Positions 19,357 through 28,684 of a DNA stretch of 44,250 bases are shown here, piece after piece (position 1 is the first letter of the stretch; every line of letters starts with the position of its first letter). The translations under genes and the position numbers were made by a program. The stretch lies in NCBI GenBank assembly GCA_964658175.1, contig CAZZYD010000001.1, forward strand, positions 1-44,250, written 5' to 3'. The notes beneath the pieces were generated by a model, which saw only the letters and a list, made by a program, of their open reading frames with translations, searched no databases and was not told the origin of the DNA. The stretch comes from an uncultured Puia sp. (GTDB taxonomy: Bacteria; Bacteroidota; Bacteroidia; Chitinophagales; Chitinophagaceae).

Positions 19357-20460
19357 TCAGGCCTGTATCACCGCTTTGACTGCGAGCGCGGGGTCCACGA
19401 TCACGAAATCGGCCGCCGCGCCTTTGCTGATATTTCCCAGATCGGCATCCTGCAGCAGGGCCGAAGGATAGAGAGATCCCATCTTTAACGCTGTTTCCAG
19501 GGGAATGCCCGCTTTCTGCACGGCGTTGCGGACAGACTGCATCATGTTTACCGCAGAGCCCGACAACGTGCCGTCGGGCAATGTATATCTGTCTTTTTTG
19601 AGAACATGTTTATAAGGTCCTTTGCGGCTGGCCGCAACGGCATCCGTAATAAAGAACAACCGCTCACCCATCATTTCCTGGCTGATGCGGACCGAATTGA
19701 AATCGACGTGTATACCGTCGCAGATGATGCTGGCCATCACCGCCGGATGATCGTAAATCGCGCCGACCAGGCCGGGCTGCCGGCCCTGCAAGGGAGACAT
19801 CGCATTAAAAAGATGAGTGGCCGTCGGTATCCCATGTTCAAATGAATCGAAAGCCTGCTGATAGGTAGCATTACTATGACCCGCCGATACGATCACCTGC
19901 TGGTCCAGCAGAAAGTCGAGCACTTTCGGCGGACAAAGTTCAGGAGCCACCGTCATCATGCGGACAACGCCTTCGCCTATTGCCAGCAGCATCTTTACTT
20001 CTGTCAGGGTTGCTTTTTTGATCAGTGCTTCGGGATGAGCGCCCTTTTTTTCGGGGTTGAGGTAAGGTCCTTCCAGGTGAATGCCCAACAGGCCTTTCTT
20101 TCCCGAGGCGATATACTCTTTCACCACTCCGATGCCTTTTACGAAATTTTCGATGGTATTCGTGGCCATGGTGATCATGAAATGCGTACAGCCGCCGGCA
20201 AGACAGCTGGCATAGGTTGATTCCAGAGAAGCCATGTCCAGGTGCTCCGAGAAAAGTTTTCCATTGCCGCCATAGATCTGCAGGTCGATGAAAGCCGGCG
20301 CGATCAGGCAGTCTTTGTGATCGGCCGTCTGGTATCCTGAAGGAATTTTTTTATTGGGGACGATGCCGGCTATTTTTCCGTCACGGACAAGCACGGCATG
20401 TTCGGTAAGTATTTCGGTGCCGGTAAAAACGGCATTGGCGGCATAAGCTAGATGGGTCAT
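19357..20460 (-). CDS. nagA: N-acetylglucosamine-6-phosphate deacetylase
   Basis: APAFIDLQIYG, GIHLEGPY, KGAH, GHSNA, THLFNAM, DGIHV, ITDAV and GTLSGS motifs. Confidence 0.95.
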   Translation of the reverse strand: MTHLAYAANAVFTGTEILTEHAVLVRDGKIAGIVPNKKIPSGYQTADHKDCLIAPAFIDLQIYGGNGKLFSEHLDMASLESTYASCLAGGCTHFMITMATNTIENFVKGIGVVKEYIASGKKGLLGIHLEGPYLNPEKKGAHPEALIKKATLTEVKMLLAIGEGVVRMMTVAPELCPPKVLDFLLDQQVIVSAGHSNATYQQAFDSFEHGIPTATHLFNAMSPLQGRQPGLVGAIYDHPAVMASIICDGIHVDFNSVRISQEMMGERLFFITDAVAASRKGPYKHVLKKDRYTLPDGTLSGSAVNMMQSVRNAVQKAGIPLETALKMGSLYPSALLQDADLGNISKGAAADFVIVDPALAVKAVIQA

Positions 20461-20466
20461 ACGATC

Positions 20467-21261
20467 TCAGGGTTCAATATTAAAATGGTCGGCATCCTTC
20501 CAGAACGGAAAACGGGCGCGAACTTCTTTCAGGGTTTCTTCTTCCAGCAGGTGACTGTAACAGCTTTCAGCAGGCGTCATCGAGTGCAGTACATTTCCCA
20601 GCGGATCGATCACCTGCGATTCTCCCGCATAGGCGATACCGTTTCCATCGATGCCGCTCCGGTTCACGCCGATCACATAACATTGATTTTCGATGGCGCG
20701 CGCCTGCAGCAGGGTTTTCCAGGCGTGATTTCTTTTTTCCGGCCAGTTGGCCACAAACACGATCAGATCATATTCGTTCGCGGAAGAACCGGATCCTGTT
20801 TGCCTGATCCATACCGGGAAACGCAGGTCATAGCAGACCAGCAGATTAATCTTCCAACCGCTGAGTGACCCGATCAGCCGTTTGTTGCCCGCGCTATAGT
20901 GCAGGTGCTCGCCGGCAAAAGCAAAAAGATGGCGTTTGTCATAATAGCCGAAACTGCCGTTGGGAAGCATCCAGATCAGGCGGTTGTAATATCGTCCATC
21001 ATCCTCTGCGATGATGCTGCCCGTGAGCACGGATTTTTTTGCCGTCGCCATATCGCGCATCCACTGAACGGTCGGGCCGTCCATGGTTTCTGCAAACGGC
21101 GCAGGGTTCATGCTAAAACCGGTGCTGAACATTTCCGGCAGCACAATCAACCCCGGTTTCTCCGGCGCCGATGCAATGAGCCGGCCCAGCCTATCCAGGT
21201 TGGCCTTTTTGTTTTCCCACTGCGTATCGGGCTGGAGGAGGGTGACCTGAAGGCTTGACAT
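20467..21261 (-). CDS. nitrilase-superfamily amidohydrolase (YafV/omega-amidase-like)
   Basis: LPEMFSTGF, YDKRHLF and CYDLRFP (E-K-C triad), plus ARAIENQCY. Confidence 0.9.
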   Translation of the reverse strand: MSSLQVTLLQPDTQWENKKANLDRLGRLIASAPEKPGLIVLPEMFSTGFSMNPAPFAETMDGPTVQWMRDMATAKKSVLTGSIIAEDDGRYYNRLIWMLPNGSFGYYDKRHLFAFAGEHLHYSAGNKRLIGSLSGWKINLLVCYDLRFPVWIRQTGSGSSANEYDLIVFVANWPEKRNHAWKTLLQARAIENQCYVIGVNRSGIDGNGIAYAGESQVIDPLGNVLHSMTPAESCYSHLLEEETLKEVRARFPFWKDADHFNIEP

Positions 21262-21291
21262 AGGGCAAATGTCCTAAATGCGGGTTGTTTC

Positions 21292-21780
21292 TCAAGGATA
21301 GAAATCAAAATTTCTGAACAGGGCCGGCTCATAGCCCTTTGCCAGCAGGAAATTTTGCCATTTGGCTTTTTTTGTGAAGATGTTTTTCTCTCCTTTAAGG
21401 GAAGTCCATTTTTTTCTGGCCAGCCGATCGAAGGTCTTTTGGTATTCGGCGGGATCGATGCCGGCCAGCGCTTTTTTGATACAGTAAGCACTTACCCGTT
21501 TTTGTTTCAGCTCATAGCTGATTTTCTGGATGCCCCAGCCTTTCATCTTGAATTTACCGGAAGCATAGGCGATGGCAAACCGTTCTTCGTTGAGGTAATT
21601 TTCGCTGATCAGTTCCGAAATGATTTCTTCCACCAGCGATTTATGCAGACCGAAACCATACAATTTTTCTTTTACTTCCTGGTGACTGCGTTCCTGGTAT
21701 CCACAATAATGCTTGATTTTTTCAAGCGCTTTTTCCCTGGTCGGCGGAGAGCGGAAATATCGTGATTCCTGGTCTGGCAT
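21292..21780 (-). CDS. recX: regulatory protein RecX
   Basis: YCGYQERSHQEV, YLNEERFA, WG..KI..EL and FLLAKGYE motifs; TATATTTG at 21786-21793 (minus). Confidence 0.9.
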   Translation of the reverse strand: MPDQESRYFRSPPTREKALEKIKHYCGYQERSHQEVKEKLYGFGLHKSLVEEIISELISENYLNEERFAIAYASGKFKMKGWGIQKISYELKQKRVSAYCIKKALAGIDPAEYQKTFDRLARKKWTSLKGEKNIFTKKAKWQNFLLAKGYEPALFRNFDFYP

Positions 21781-21854
21781 GTGACCAAATATAGAATAAA
21801 CGGGTTGTCAGGCGATGGGAAAAAATCAGTAGTTTCGTCCCAAAGTATACGTTC

Positions 21855-22970
21855 ATGAAGTTTATTGTTTCTTCTTCGGCTTTGCTAAAACACCTGCAGC
21901 AGATCAGCGGTGTGATCAGTGCGAATACGGTGCTGCCCATACTGGAAGATTTCTTGTTTGAAGTGGAAAAAAATAAACTGACGATCGTTGCCACCGACCT
22001 TGAAACCGTGATGAAAGTGCAGATGGACGCAGAAGCCAAAGAGTCCGGCAAAGTATGTATTCCGGCTAAAATTCTGATCGATTCCCTGAAAAATATCGCT
22101 GAACAACCGCTGGCCTTCACGATTGACAAGCAATTCGGTGTGGAAATCACCAGCGACAATGGAAAATATAAGGTGATGGGAGAAAATCCCGATAATTTTC
22201 CCAAGGATCCGGGCGCAGATGATGTGACCGCATTCAATATTCCTTCTTCCGTACTTACCACCGCCATCAATAAATCATTGTTTGCCGTGAGCAACGACGA
22301 CCTGCGTCCGGCAATGACCGGCGTGCTCTTCGAAATGAGCCCGGGTGGCATCCAGTTTGTCGCCACCGACGCCCACCGCCTCATCCGCTATAAAAGAACA
22401 GATGTTACCTGTCCGAAGGCGGAATCGCTTATCGTGCCGAAGAAACCATTGAATCTTTTAAAGTCCGCATTGCCTTCATCCGAAGAAAATGTGGTGATCA
22501 ACTACAACGACAATCACCTGTTCGCAAAATTTGGATCTATCCAGATGAGTTGTCGCCTCATTGACGCGCGGTTTCCGGACTATAAAGTGGTGATCCCGGC
22601 CGACAACCCATACAAGCTGACCGTCAACCGCCATGATTTTCAGAGTGCGCTGCGCCGTGTGGGCGTTTTCAGCAATAAAAGCACCAACCAGATTGTGCTG
22701 AGTATCCATGGAAGCGAATTACAGCTGGCGGCCCAGGATATCGATTTTTCCTTTGAAGGAACTGAAAGAATGAAATGTCAGTATGATGGGGAAGATATGT
22801 CGATCGCATTCAATGCGCGCTTTCTGATTGAAATGATGAATGCGACAAATTCCGATGAGATCAGAATAGAACTCGCTACTGCTACCAAAGCAGGCATTAT
22901 AAAACCTGAAGAACAGGACAAGGCAGAAGATCTCCTGATGCTGGTGATGCCGTTGATGTTAAACAGCTAA
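21855..22970 (+). CDS. dnaN: DNA polymerase III subunit beta (sliding clamp)
   Basis: LPILE, ATDLE, RPAMTGV, VATDAHRL, RLIDARFPDY, FNARFL and LVMPLM motifs. Confidence 0.97.
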   Translation: MKFIVSSSALLKHLQQISGVISANTVLPILEDFLFEVEKNKLTIVATDLETVMKVQMDAEAKESGKVCIPAKILIDSLKNIAEQPLAFTIDKQFGVEITSDNGKYKVMGENPDNFPKDPGADDVTAFNIPSSVLTTAINKSLFAVSNDDLRPAMTGVLFEMSPGGIQFVATDAHRLIRYKRTDVTCPKAESLIVPKKPLNLLKSALPSSEENVVINYNDNHLFAKFGSIQMSCRLIDARFPDYKVVIPADNPYKLTVNRHDFQSALRRVGVFSNKSTNQIVLSIHGSELQLAAQDIDFSFEGTERMKCQYDGEDMSIAFNARFLIEMMNATNSDEIRIELATATKAGIIKPEEQDKAEDLLMLVMPLMLNS

Positions 22971-22981
22971 CCCCTGCAGGA

Positions 22982-23230
22982 TTAATTCTTATTACAGAGA
23001 AATTGAAAAGGCTTCAGATCCTGTTGCCGTGCAATCCGCTGAATAAATTTGTTGCCCCTAAGAATTTTGTAGTTGTTGAGATCGAAGACTTCGTGCGCTG
23101 CGCAAAAATTCTCAATGGTCTCGTAGTGGAAAAGAAGTTCGTTGAGGAGTTCAAGCTCCTGTGCCATGAATTGTTCGGTAACAAATTCATCTTTCATAAG
23201 TACAAGCAAATCTCTGTCTGGCGTTTTCAT
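22982..23230 (-). CDS. hypothetical protein, 82 aa (start at ATG 23230)
   Basis: MKTPDRDLL...FQFLCNKN; starts 11 nt after the stop of the small upstream ORF; the track's longer 23281 start overlaps that ORF. Confidence 0.7.
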   Translation of the reverse strand: MKTPDRDLLVLMKDEFVTEQFMAQELELLNELLFHYETIENFCAAHEVFDLNNYKILRGNKFIQRIARQQDLKPFQFLCNKN

Positions 23231-23241
23231 GTAATTAGATT

Positions 23242-23391
23242 TTAATAACCAACCATCCCTTTGTTCAAACCGCAGCCACATTTCTTACTGGAACCTCCAA
23301 TATGATTGCTGGAACTGCAATTTGTGCTTACAATGGTAATCATAAATAATAAACAAATCAAGAGTAGGTTGTGGTTTTTCGTGGATTTCAT
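23242..23391 (-). CDS. small putative lipoprotein, 49 aa (not in the ORF track)
   Basis: Hand translation MKSTKNHNLLLICLLFMITIVSTNCSSSNHIGGSSKKCGCGLNKGMVGY*: basic n-region, hydrophobic h-region, Cys25 in a lipobox-like context; TAAATTAG promoter-like element 4 nt upstream. Confidence 0.7.
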   Translation of the reverse strand: MKSTKNHNLLLICLLFMITIVSTNCSSSNHIGGSSKKCGCGLNKGMVGY

Positions 23392-23455
23392 AATGCTAAT
23401 TTAAAAGATATTATTCTTAATTTCCATCTCTCCGTCGCCTATCTGCAAATTTAAC

Positions 23456-24592
23456 ATGGCCCCCATCCGGAATATTCGTATACTCATTGCCCCGCTGGAT
23501 TGGGGATTAGGTCACGCAACACGTTGTATTCCAGTAATTAAGGCACTTATTGAACGGGGAATTGAGGTAATTATTGCTTCTGAGGGGCCCCAGGCCGCGC
23601 TTTTATCCAGCGAATTCCCTGCCATTTCTGTCATCCGGCTGCCCGGATATGGGATTGTCTATGGCCGCTCCGGCGCCGGCACCTTCTTCGGCCTGTTCCG
23701 GCAACTCCCCCGATTTTTCCGAAACATTCGCCGGGAACGGCAATGGCTGGAGCAGTTTTGCCTTCACCACCGGATCGATGCCATTATATCAGACAACCGG
23801 TATGGACTCCATAATCCCGCCATCCCGAGTGTATTCATCACCCACCAGCTTTATATTCAGACGGGACTCGGCGCCTTTGCAAACCGGCAGGTGTTTTCCT
23901 GGCATATCCGTCAGATCAGAAAATTCTCTGCCTGCTGGGTGCCCGATTACCCGGGCGATGCCGCGATCGCCGGCGCATTATCCCATCCGCCGATCCGATT
24001 CTCACTGCCGGTGACTTATATCGGACCGCTAACGGCAACGGATCCGCGGACCACGAATGAGCAGATTCCGCTCCTTATTATATTGTCGGGTCCCGAACCC
24101 CAGCGAACCATCTTCGAAAGCATCCTGTTCGAACAACTAAAGCAATTCAAAGACAAGGTCGTCGTGGTCCGGGGCTTACCGCAGGCGGAGGAAGCGGCGG
24201 TTCGGAACACCGGGAATATTGAGATCCACAACCATCTTTCGCGCGAAGCGCTGTCCGACCGCATGTGCCGCGCCGCCTACGTGATTGCGCGTTGCGGTTA
24301 TACCACCGTCATGGAGCTGATGCAAATGAAAAAGAAAAGCATCCTCGTTCCGACACCCGGACAGCCCGAGCAGCAGTACCTCGCCCGGCATCTTTCTTCA
24401 AAAAAATGGATACTCACGGCCAAACAAAAAAATTTCAGGCTCGAGAGTCTGTTGACCGATGCCGCCACTTTCGAATACCGGCTGCCCGATCTGCCGCCGG
24501 GCGGCGCGCTGGCTGTCGCGTTGGATCAGTGGTTACCGAACATCGGCCTCAAGACAGACGCTTCGGCGATTCAAAGAAAAGAAAATCTTTAG
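23456..24592 (+). CDS. GT-B glycosyltransferase (family 28 C-terminal domain)
   Basis: APLDWGLGHATRCIP, IISDNRYG, SGPEPQR, RCGYTTVMEL and PTPGQPEQ motifs. Confidence 0.88.
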   Translation: MAPIRNIRILIAPLDWGLGHATRCIPVIKALIERGIEVIIASEGPQAALLSSEFPAISVIRLPGYGIVYGRSGAGTFFGLFRQLPRFFRNIRRERQWLEQFCLHHRIDAIISDNRYGLHNPAIPSVFITHQLYIQTGLGAFANRQVFSWHIRQIRKFSACWVPDYPGDAAIAGALSHPPIRFSLPVTYIGPLTATDPRTTNEQIPLLIILSGPEPQRTIFESILFEQLKQFKDKVVVVRGLPQAEEAAVRNTGNIEIHNHLSREALSDRMCRAAYVIARCGYTTVMELMQMKKKSILVPTPGQPEQQYLARHLSSKKWILTAKQKNFRLESLLTDAATFEYRLPDLPPGGALAVALDQWLPNIGLKTDASAIQRKENL

Positions 24593-25043
24593 CTGCCGGC
24601 ATGAATTCCGACCAGCTGTCTACATCTGCCTTGACGGCAAACACCCCGGCCGTTGGCATATTATCGATCCGGACAGTCGTAAGGGAAGAAGCGAATTCAG
24701 TAATACCTGGATTGTGTGCAAATATCGCGACATGGTCATCGGCGTCGTCGAGCTCCGTGACCGTATGTACAAATACGGGTACAGATGCCAGGTAGAGCTC
24801 ATCGATGAGTACGAGTTCAGCCGCCGGGCGATGATATTCTTTCATAAATAAACGGGCCGTCGTCTGTGCCCGAACCGCAGGGCTGGAGACAAAGCGCTGA
24901 ATAAGGACGTCCTCGCTCAGAAGATATTTCGCCACTTTGGGTGCGGCGTTGACACCCTGTTCATTCAGGGTGCGTTCAAAATCGGAACTGTCCGAAAAAT
25001 GATCGCCGCTTTTTGCATGGCGCACGAGTAATAAGGTTTTCAT
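24549..25043 (-). CDS. SixA-like histidine phosphatase
   Basis: LVRHAKS, DFERTL, SSPAVRA.TT and AHNPGIT motifs. Confidence 0.9.
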   Translation of the reverse strand: MKTLLLVRHAKSGDHFSDSSDFERTLNEQGVNAAPKVAKYLLSEDVLIQRFVSSPAVRAQTTARLFMKEYHRPAAELVLIDELYLASVPVFVHTVTELDDADDHVAIFAHNPGITEFASSLTTVRIDNMPTAGVFAVKADVDSWSEFMPAAKDFLFFESPKRLS

Positions 25044-25087
25044 AATTCTAAGGTATAGGTAAATGACGAAACGGGGCCGGGGGAATT

Positions 25088-25117
25088 TACCCGGGATTCT
25101 ACTAGTAAAATCGGGTA
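25088..25117. promoter_or_regulatory. imperfect palindrome, candidate operator between divergent genes
   Basis: TACCCGGGATTCTACTAGTAAAATCGGGTA: TACCCG...CGGGTA arms around a GATTCTACTAGTAAAATC core. Confidence 0.45.
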
Positions 25118-25236
25118 GAAATTGGAAGCAGTATGATACAATAAAAAACTTGCGCTAAATCATTGCATAAATTAATCAGAGATAATATTTTAGCACTGAA
25201 GCCCGTTTATAAAATATCCAGAAAAACCCTAGCCCC

Positions 25237-25992
25237 ATGCGCAGATTTTATCACATACTGTCAGTAGGATTACTCTACGTAATACTGCTGCTGGCCCCGG
25301 TTCTTGAATCCGGAAACGGTCTCGAAGCAAGAACACTCAAAGCGCTTCCATCATCCACCACCTTACGTTTACTTTCTGCCAGGGATATTTTCGAAGCAGA
25401 AGTTACTGCACTCTATAATGAAATAGACCTGAGAAAATCCGGTTTGTCGAAATCGGTTTTCGAATATGCCTATAAAGGATATACCTATCTGTTACAGCAT
25501 CATCAGCTGAACCGCAGCCAGGTAATTTCTATTTGTGATTTCAGCCAGTCATCCCGCCGCAAGCGTTTATACATCGTAGACCTCGATCAGAAAAAAGTGG
25601 TTATGAATACCTATGTGGCGCATGGCCGCCGCTCGGGCGGAGAATATGCCAGCACCTTTTCAAACGATCCCAGTTCACATAAAAGCAGCTTAGGTTTTTA
25701 TGTAACGGAACGCACCTATTTCGGCGGACACGGGTACGCGCTGAAAATACGGGGACTTGAAAAAGGATTCAACGACCGTGCGGACGGAAGAAATATCGTG
25801 GTCCATGGTTCCAAATATGTAGGCGCGAATTTTTTGATGAATAACAAATTTAACGGAAGAAGTTTTGGCTGCCCCGCCATTCCGGCTTCAGATACACAGG
25901 AAGTGATCAACGATATTAAAGGCGGTTCATGCCTTTTCATCTATCATCCCACCAAGAAATATTTAAATACGTCAAGAATTTTAAACAGTTAA
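25237..25992 (+). CDS. murein L,D-transpeptidase catalytic domain protein (YkuD_2-like)
   Basis: Signal/TM segment; DFSQSS..KRL, VAHGR.SG, SSLGFY, IVVHGS and GRSFGCPA (catalytic His/Cys). Confidence 0.9.
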   Translation: MRRFYHILSVGLLYVILLLAPVLESGNGLEARTLKALPSSTTLRLLSARDIFEAEVTALYNEIDLRKSGLSKSVFEYAYKGYTYLLQHHQLNRSQVISICDFSQSSRRKRLYIVDLDQKKVVMNTYVAHGRRSGGEYASTFSNDPSSHKSSLGFYVTERTYFGGHGYALKIRGLEKGFNDRADGRNIVVHGSKYVGANFLMNNKFNGRSFGCPAIPASDTQEVINDIKGGSCLFIYHPTKKYLNTSRILNS

Positions 25993-26024
25993 CGCGGACG
26001 TAAACTTCAGATGGTTTGAAGGTG

Positions 26025-26073
26025 AAAAAAAGTTCCAACTTAGGTTCGTACCCTATGATTGGGCTTTTTTTTT
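26025..26073. terminator. probable bidirectional terminator
   Basis: A-tract, imperfect hairpin (TCCAA..TAGG/CCTA..TTGGG) and T-tract between convergent genes. Confidence 0.6.
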
Positions 26074-26075
26074 AT

Positions 26076-26702
26076 TCAGAACTGCCAGGCAACGATTTGT
26101 GCCAGCACGCCGATGCCTAGACCGCTCAGGACCTCGAAATAACTGTGATCGGAGATGATCAGCCGGGCCGTGCAAACGGCACCCGCGATCAGGGTAACGA
26201 TGACGAGGTAAAGCCCCGAACCGTACGGATTGCTCAGGCATAAAAGCACAAAAAAGGCCAGGAGACCACCCATGGCAATGGCATGCATGCTGATTTTATA
26301 AAACAGGTTACACATCCACCCACCACAAATTCCCAGAAAACTGCCGAGTAAAAATCGGACCGCCACCGGTGGCATATCGGTCAGGTTGCGCATGACCCAC
26401 CATGCCCACCAATAAAAGATCATGGTGGTTAAAAAAGCAATGATGCGGTCTTCCCGGGTTTGCATCTTCAGTGAATGAAGAAATTTCAGGCGCCAGGTAA
26501 GAAATAAAGTCAGTGCGGGAAATGCCACTGTATTCAGCAGAACGGTGAGAAGGCGAAATAATTTTATATGGGGATCGATGCCCGAAAAGGCATCCGGATG
26601 TACATACACTAAAAACGCAAAGGTATAGCCGACGATCAGCAGGGGATGAAAGACCACCGAAAAAAAATGCCCATAGAACCTCGAGGCGGCGGATGTTTGC
26701 AT
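26076..26702 (-). CDS. conserved multi-pass membrane protein (PAP2-like C-terminal motifs)
   Basis: About 6 hydrophobic helices; S.VFHPL, KISMH and ARL....H...EV..G motifs. Confidence 0.75.
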   Translation of the reverse strand: MQTSAASRFYGHFFSVVFHPLLIVGYTFAFLVYVHPDAFSGIDPHIKLFRLLTVLLNTVAFPALTLFLTWRLKFLHSLKMQTREDRIIAFLTTMIFYWWAWWVMRNLTDMPPVAVRFLLGSFLGICGGWMCNLFYKISMHAIAMGGLLAFFVLLCLSNPYGSGLYLVIVTLIAGAVCTARLIISDHSYFEVLSGLGIGVLAQIVAWQF

Positions 26703-26738
26703 GCTTCAAACTTATGACATCCCGCGGAAATCATTGTA

Positions 26739-28229
26739 TTAAAGCTCGCGGCGCAGGCGTGCAACCGGAATATTGAGTTGTTCGCGGTATTTGGCCACCG
26801 TGCGGCGCGCGATATTATATCCTTTCTCCTGCAGGAGTTCCGTGAGCCTTTCGTCGCTCAGCGGCTTTTTCTTGCTTTCTCCTTCGATCAGGTCGCTCAG
26901 GATTTTTTTCACTTCGCGGGTGGACACTTCCTCGCCGCTGTCGGTGCTGAGGGATTCACTAAAGAAGAATTTCAGCCGATAGGTACCGAATTCCGTTTGA
27001 ACGAATTTGCTGTTGGCCACGCGGCTCACTGTGGAAATGTCCAGACCGGTGCGTTCGGCAATATCTTTCAGGATCATCGGCTTGAGGGTGGTTTCATCTC
27101 CCGTCATAAAAAATTCGTGCTGGTAGTCCATGATCGTTTGCATGGAACTGATGAGCGTCTGCTGTCTTTGCTTGATGGCGTCGATAAACCATTTGGCCGC
27201 ATCGATCTTTTGCTTGATAAAAAGGACCGCCTCTTTCTGGCGTTTGTCTTTTTTGCTGCCCCGGTCATAGTCGCGCAGCATATCCCTGTATCCGTCGCTG
27301 ATGCGGAGGTCGGGAGCATTGCGCGAATTGAGGGTTAGTTCGAGCGAACCATTGTTGTTGAAGATGAAAAAATCCGGCACCACATATCCTTCCCCTTTGG
27401 AAACGCCGCCGACATTTCCACCCGGTTTTGGATTCAGCTTGACGATCTGGCGGATCACCTCCCTGAATTCCTCTTCGCTCATGTTCAGTCCGCGCTGGAT
27501 CTTATCATAATGCTTTTTCGTAAACTCATCGAAATACTGGCTGAGGACTTCGATGGCGCGCCCGACGTCCTGGCCGGCCGTTTTCTTCCTTTCCAGCTGC
27601 AGCAGGAGGCACTCCTGCAGGTTTCGCGCCGCCACGCCCGCGGGTTCAAATTGCTGGATCTTATGGATGATCTGTTCAATTTCAGCTTCTGTGGTATCGA
27701 TGTTCTGCCGGAAGGCCAGGTCATCCACGATAGACGCGGTTTCGCGCCGCAGATAGCCGTCATCGTCGATGCTGCCCGCCACCTGTTCGGCGATGCGCAG
27801 GGTTCGCTCGTCCAGCGACAACATGCCGAGCTGATCCAGCAACAGCTCATAAAAGCTGGTCTCTACTTTATGGGTAACGGTTTTTTTATCATCCTGGTCG
27901 CCGTAATTGTCGTCGCGGAGCCGGTAATCGCCCACTTCATCGTCGTGGTCGTTTACATAATCGCTGATATCCACGTTGTCATACTCCTCCTGACTGCCCT
28001 CAGGCTCAAAATCCTCTTCCGCCTCGCTCTCAAATTCATCCTTGCTGTCATCCGTGAGGCCGTCGTCATGATCTTCTTCCGTAACTTCGAGGGCTGGGTT
28101 TTCCTCGAGCTCCTCTTTAATCCGTTCTTCGAGATTAGCCGTAGGTACCTGCAGCAGTTTCATGAGCTGAATCTGCTGGGGGGACAGTTTTTGAAGTAAT
28201 TTTTGCTGTAGCGCCTGACTTAATGCCAT
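26739..28229 (-). CDS. rpoN: RNA polymerase sigma-54 factor
   Basis: Q/L-rich region I, ELEENPALE, PAGVAARNLQECL, DISTVSRV HTH and RpoN box ARRTVAKYRE. Confidence 0.98.
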   Translation of the reverse strand: MALSQALQQKLLQKLSPQQIQLMKLLQVPTANLEERIKEELEENPALEVTEEDHDDGLTDDSKDEFESEAEEDFEPEGSQEEYDNVDISDYVNDHDDEVGDYRLRDDNYGDQDDKKTVTHKVETSFYELLLDQLGMLSLDERTLRIAEQVAGSIDDDGYLRRETASIVDDLAFRQNIDTTEAEIEQIIHKIQQFEPAGVAARNLQECLLLQLERKKTAGQDVGRAIEVLSQYFDEFTKKHYDKIQRGLNMSEEEFREVIRQIVKLNPKPGGNVGGVSKGEGYVVPDFFIFNNNGSLELTLNSRNAPDLRISDGYRDMLRDYDRGSKKDKRQKEAVLFIKQKIDAAKWFIDAIKQRQQTLISSMQTIMDYQHEFFMTGDETTLKPMILKDIAERTGLDISTVSRVANSKFVQTEFGTYRLKFFFSESLSTDSGEEVSTREVKKILSDLIEGESKKKPLSDERLTELLQEKGYNIARRTVAKYREQLNIPVARLRREL

Positions 28230-28324
28230 TTTTCAACAAGGGGTTTGAACGTCAGACAACGACTCTTTAAAGGTAAAAAAGCCGCGCCTTCCACAAAAAT
28301 CGCGCCGTAAATTTACATACAAAT

Positions 28325-28684
28325 ATGAAGAAACGCGCCCAACGAAAAATTAGTTTTCTTGTTGCCCTGATTTTTATGGGGGTGGCAGGCTATGCGCAGG
28401 TAATAAGCCCCCTGGCAAATAAAAGCTCGTTTCATGCCGCGGCCCTTGTGTTTCAGCCGGTAACCTCGCAGAATACGGGGAAGGAGCTGGTTCCGCTCAC
28501 GGGCAAATTTGATTATTTAAGGGTGCTGCCCACGACCGCGCCAATCGTGCCGTCGAACCTGTATTATCTGCAGTCAGGGTTTTTTTGCAAGCGGGAATGG
28601 GAGCTGGAGCGCGCCACCCATGTGCCCTTCCGTTTCAGGTTAGGCTCGCTTGACCACTGTAATGAGCTTGAGGGGAAACACTAG
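28325..28684 (+). CDS. hypothetical exported protein
   Basis: Signal peptide ending AGYA-Q; C-terminal GFFCKREWELE...PFRFRLGSLDHCNELEGK block. Confidence 0.7.
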   Translation: MKKRAQRKISFLVALIFMGVAGYAQVISPLANKSSFHAAALVFQPVTSQNTGKELVPLTGKFDYLRVLPTTAPIVPSNLYYLQSGFFCKREWELERATHVPFRFRLGSLDHCNELEGKH

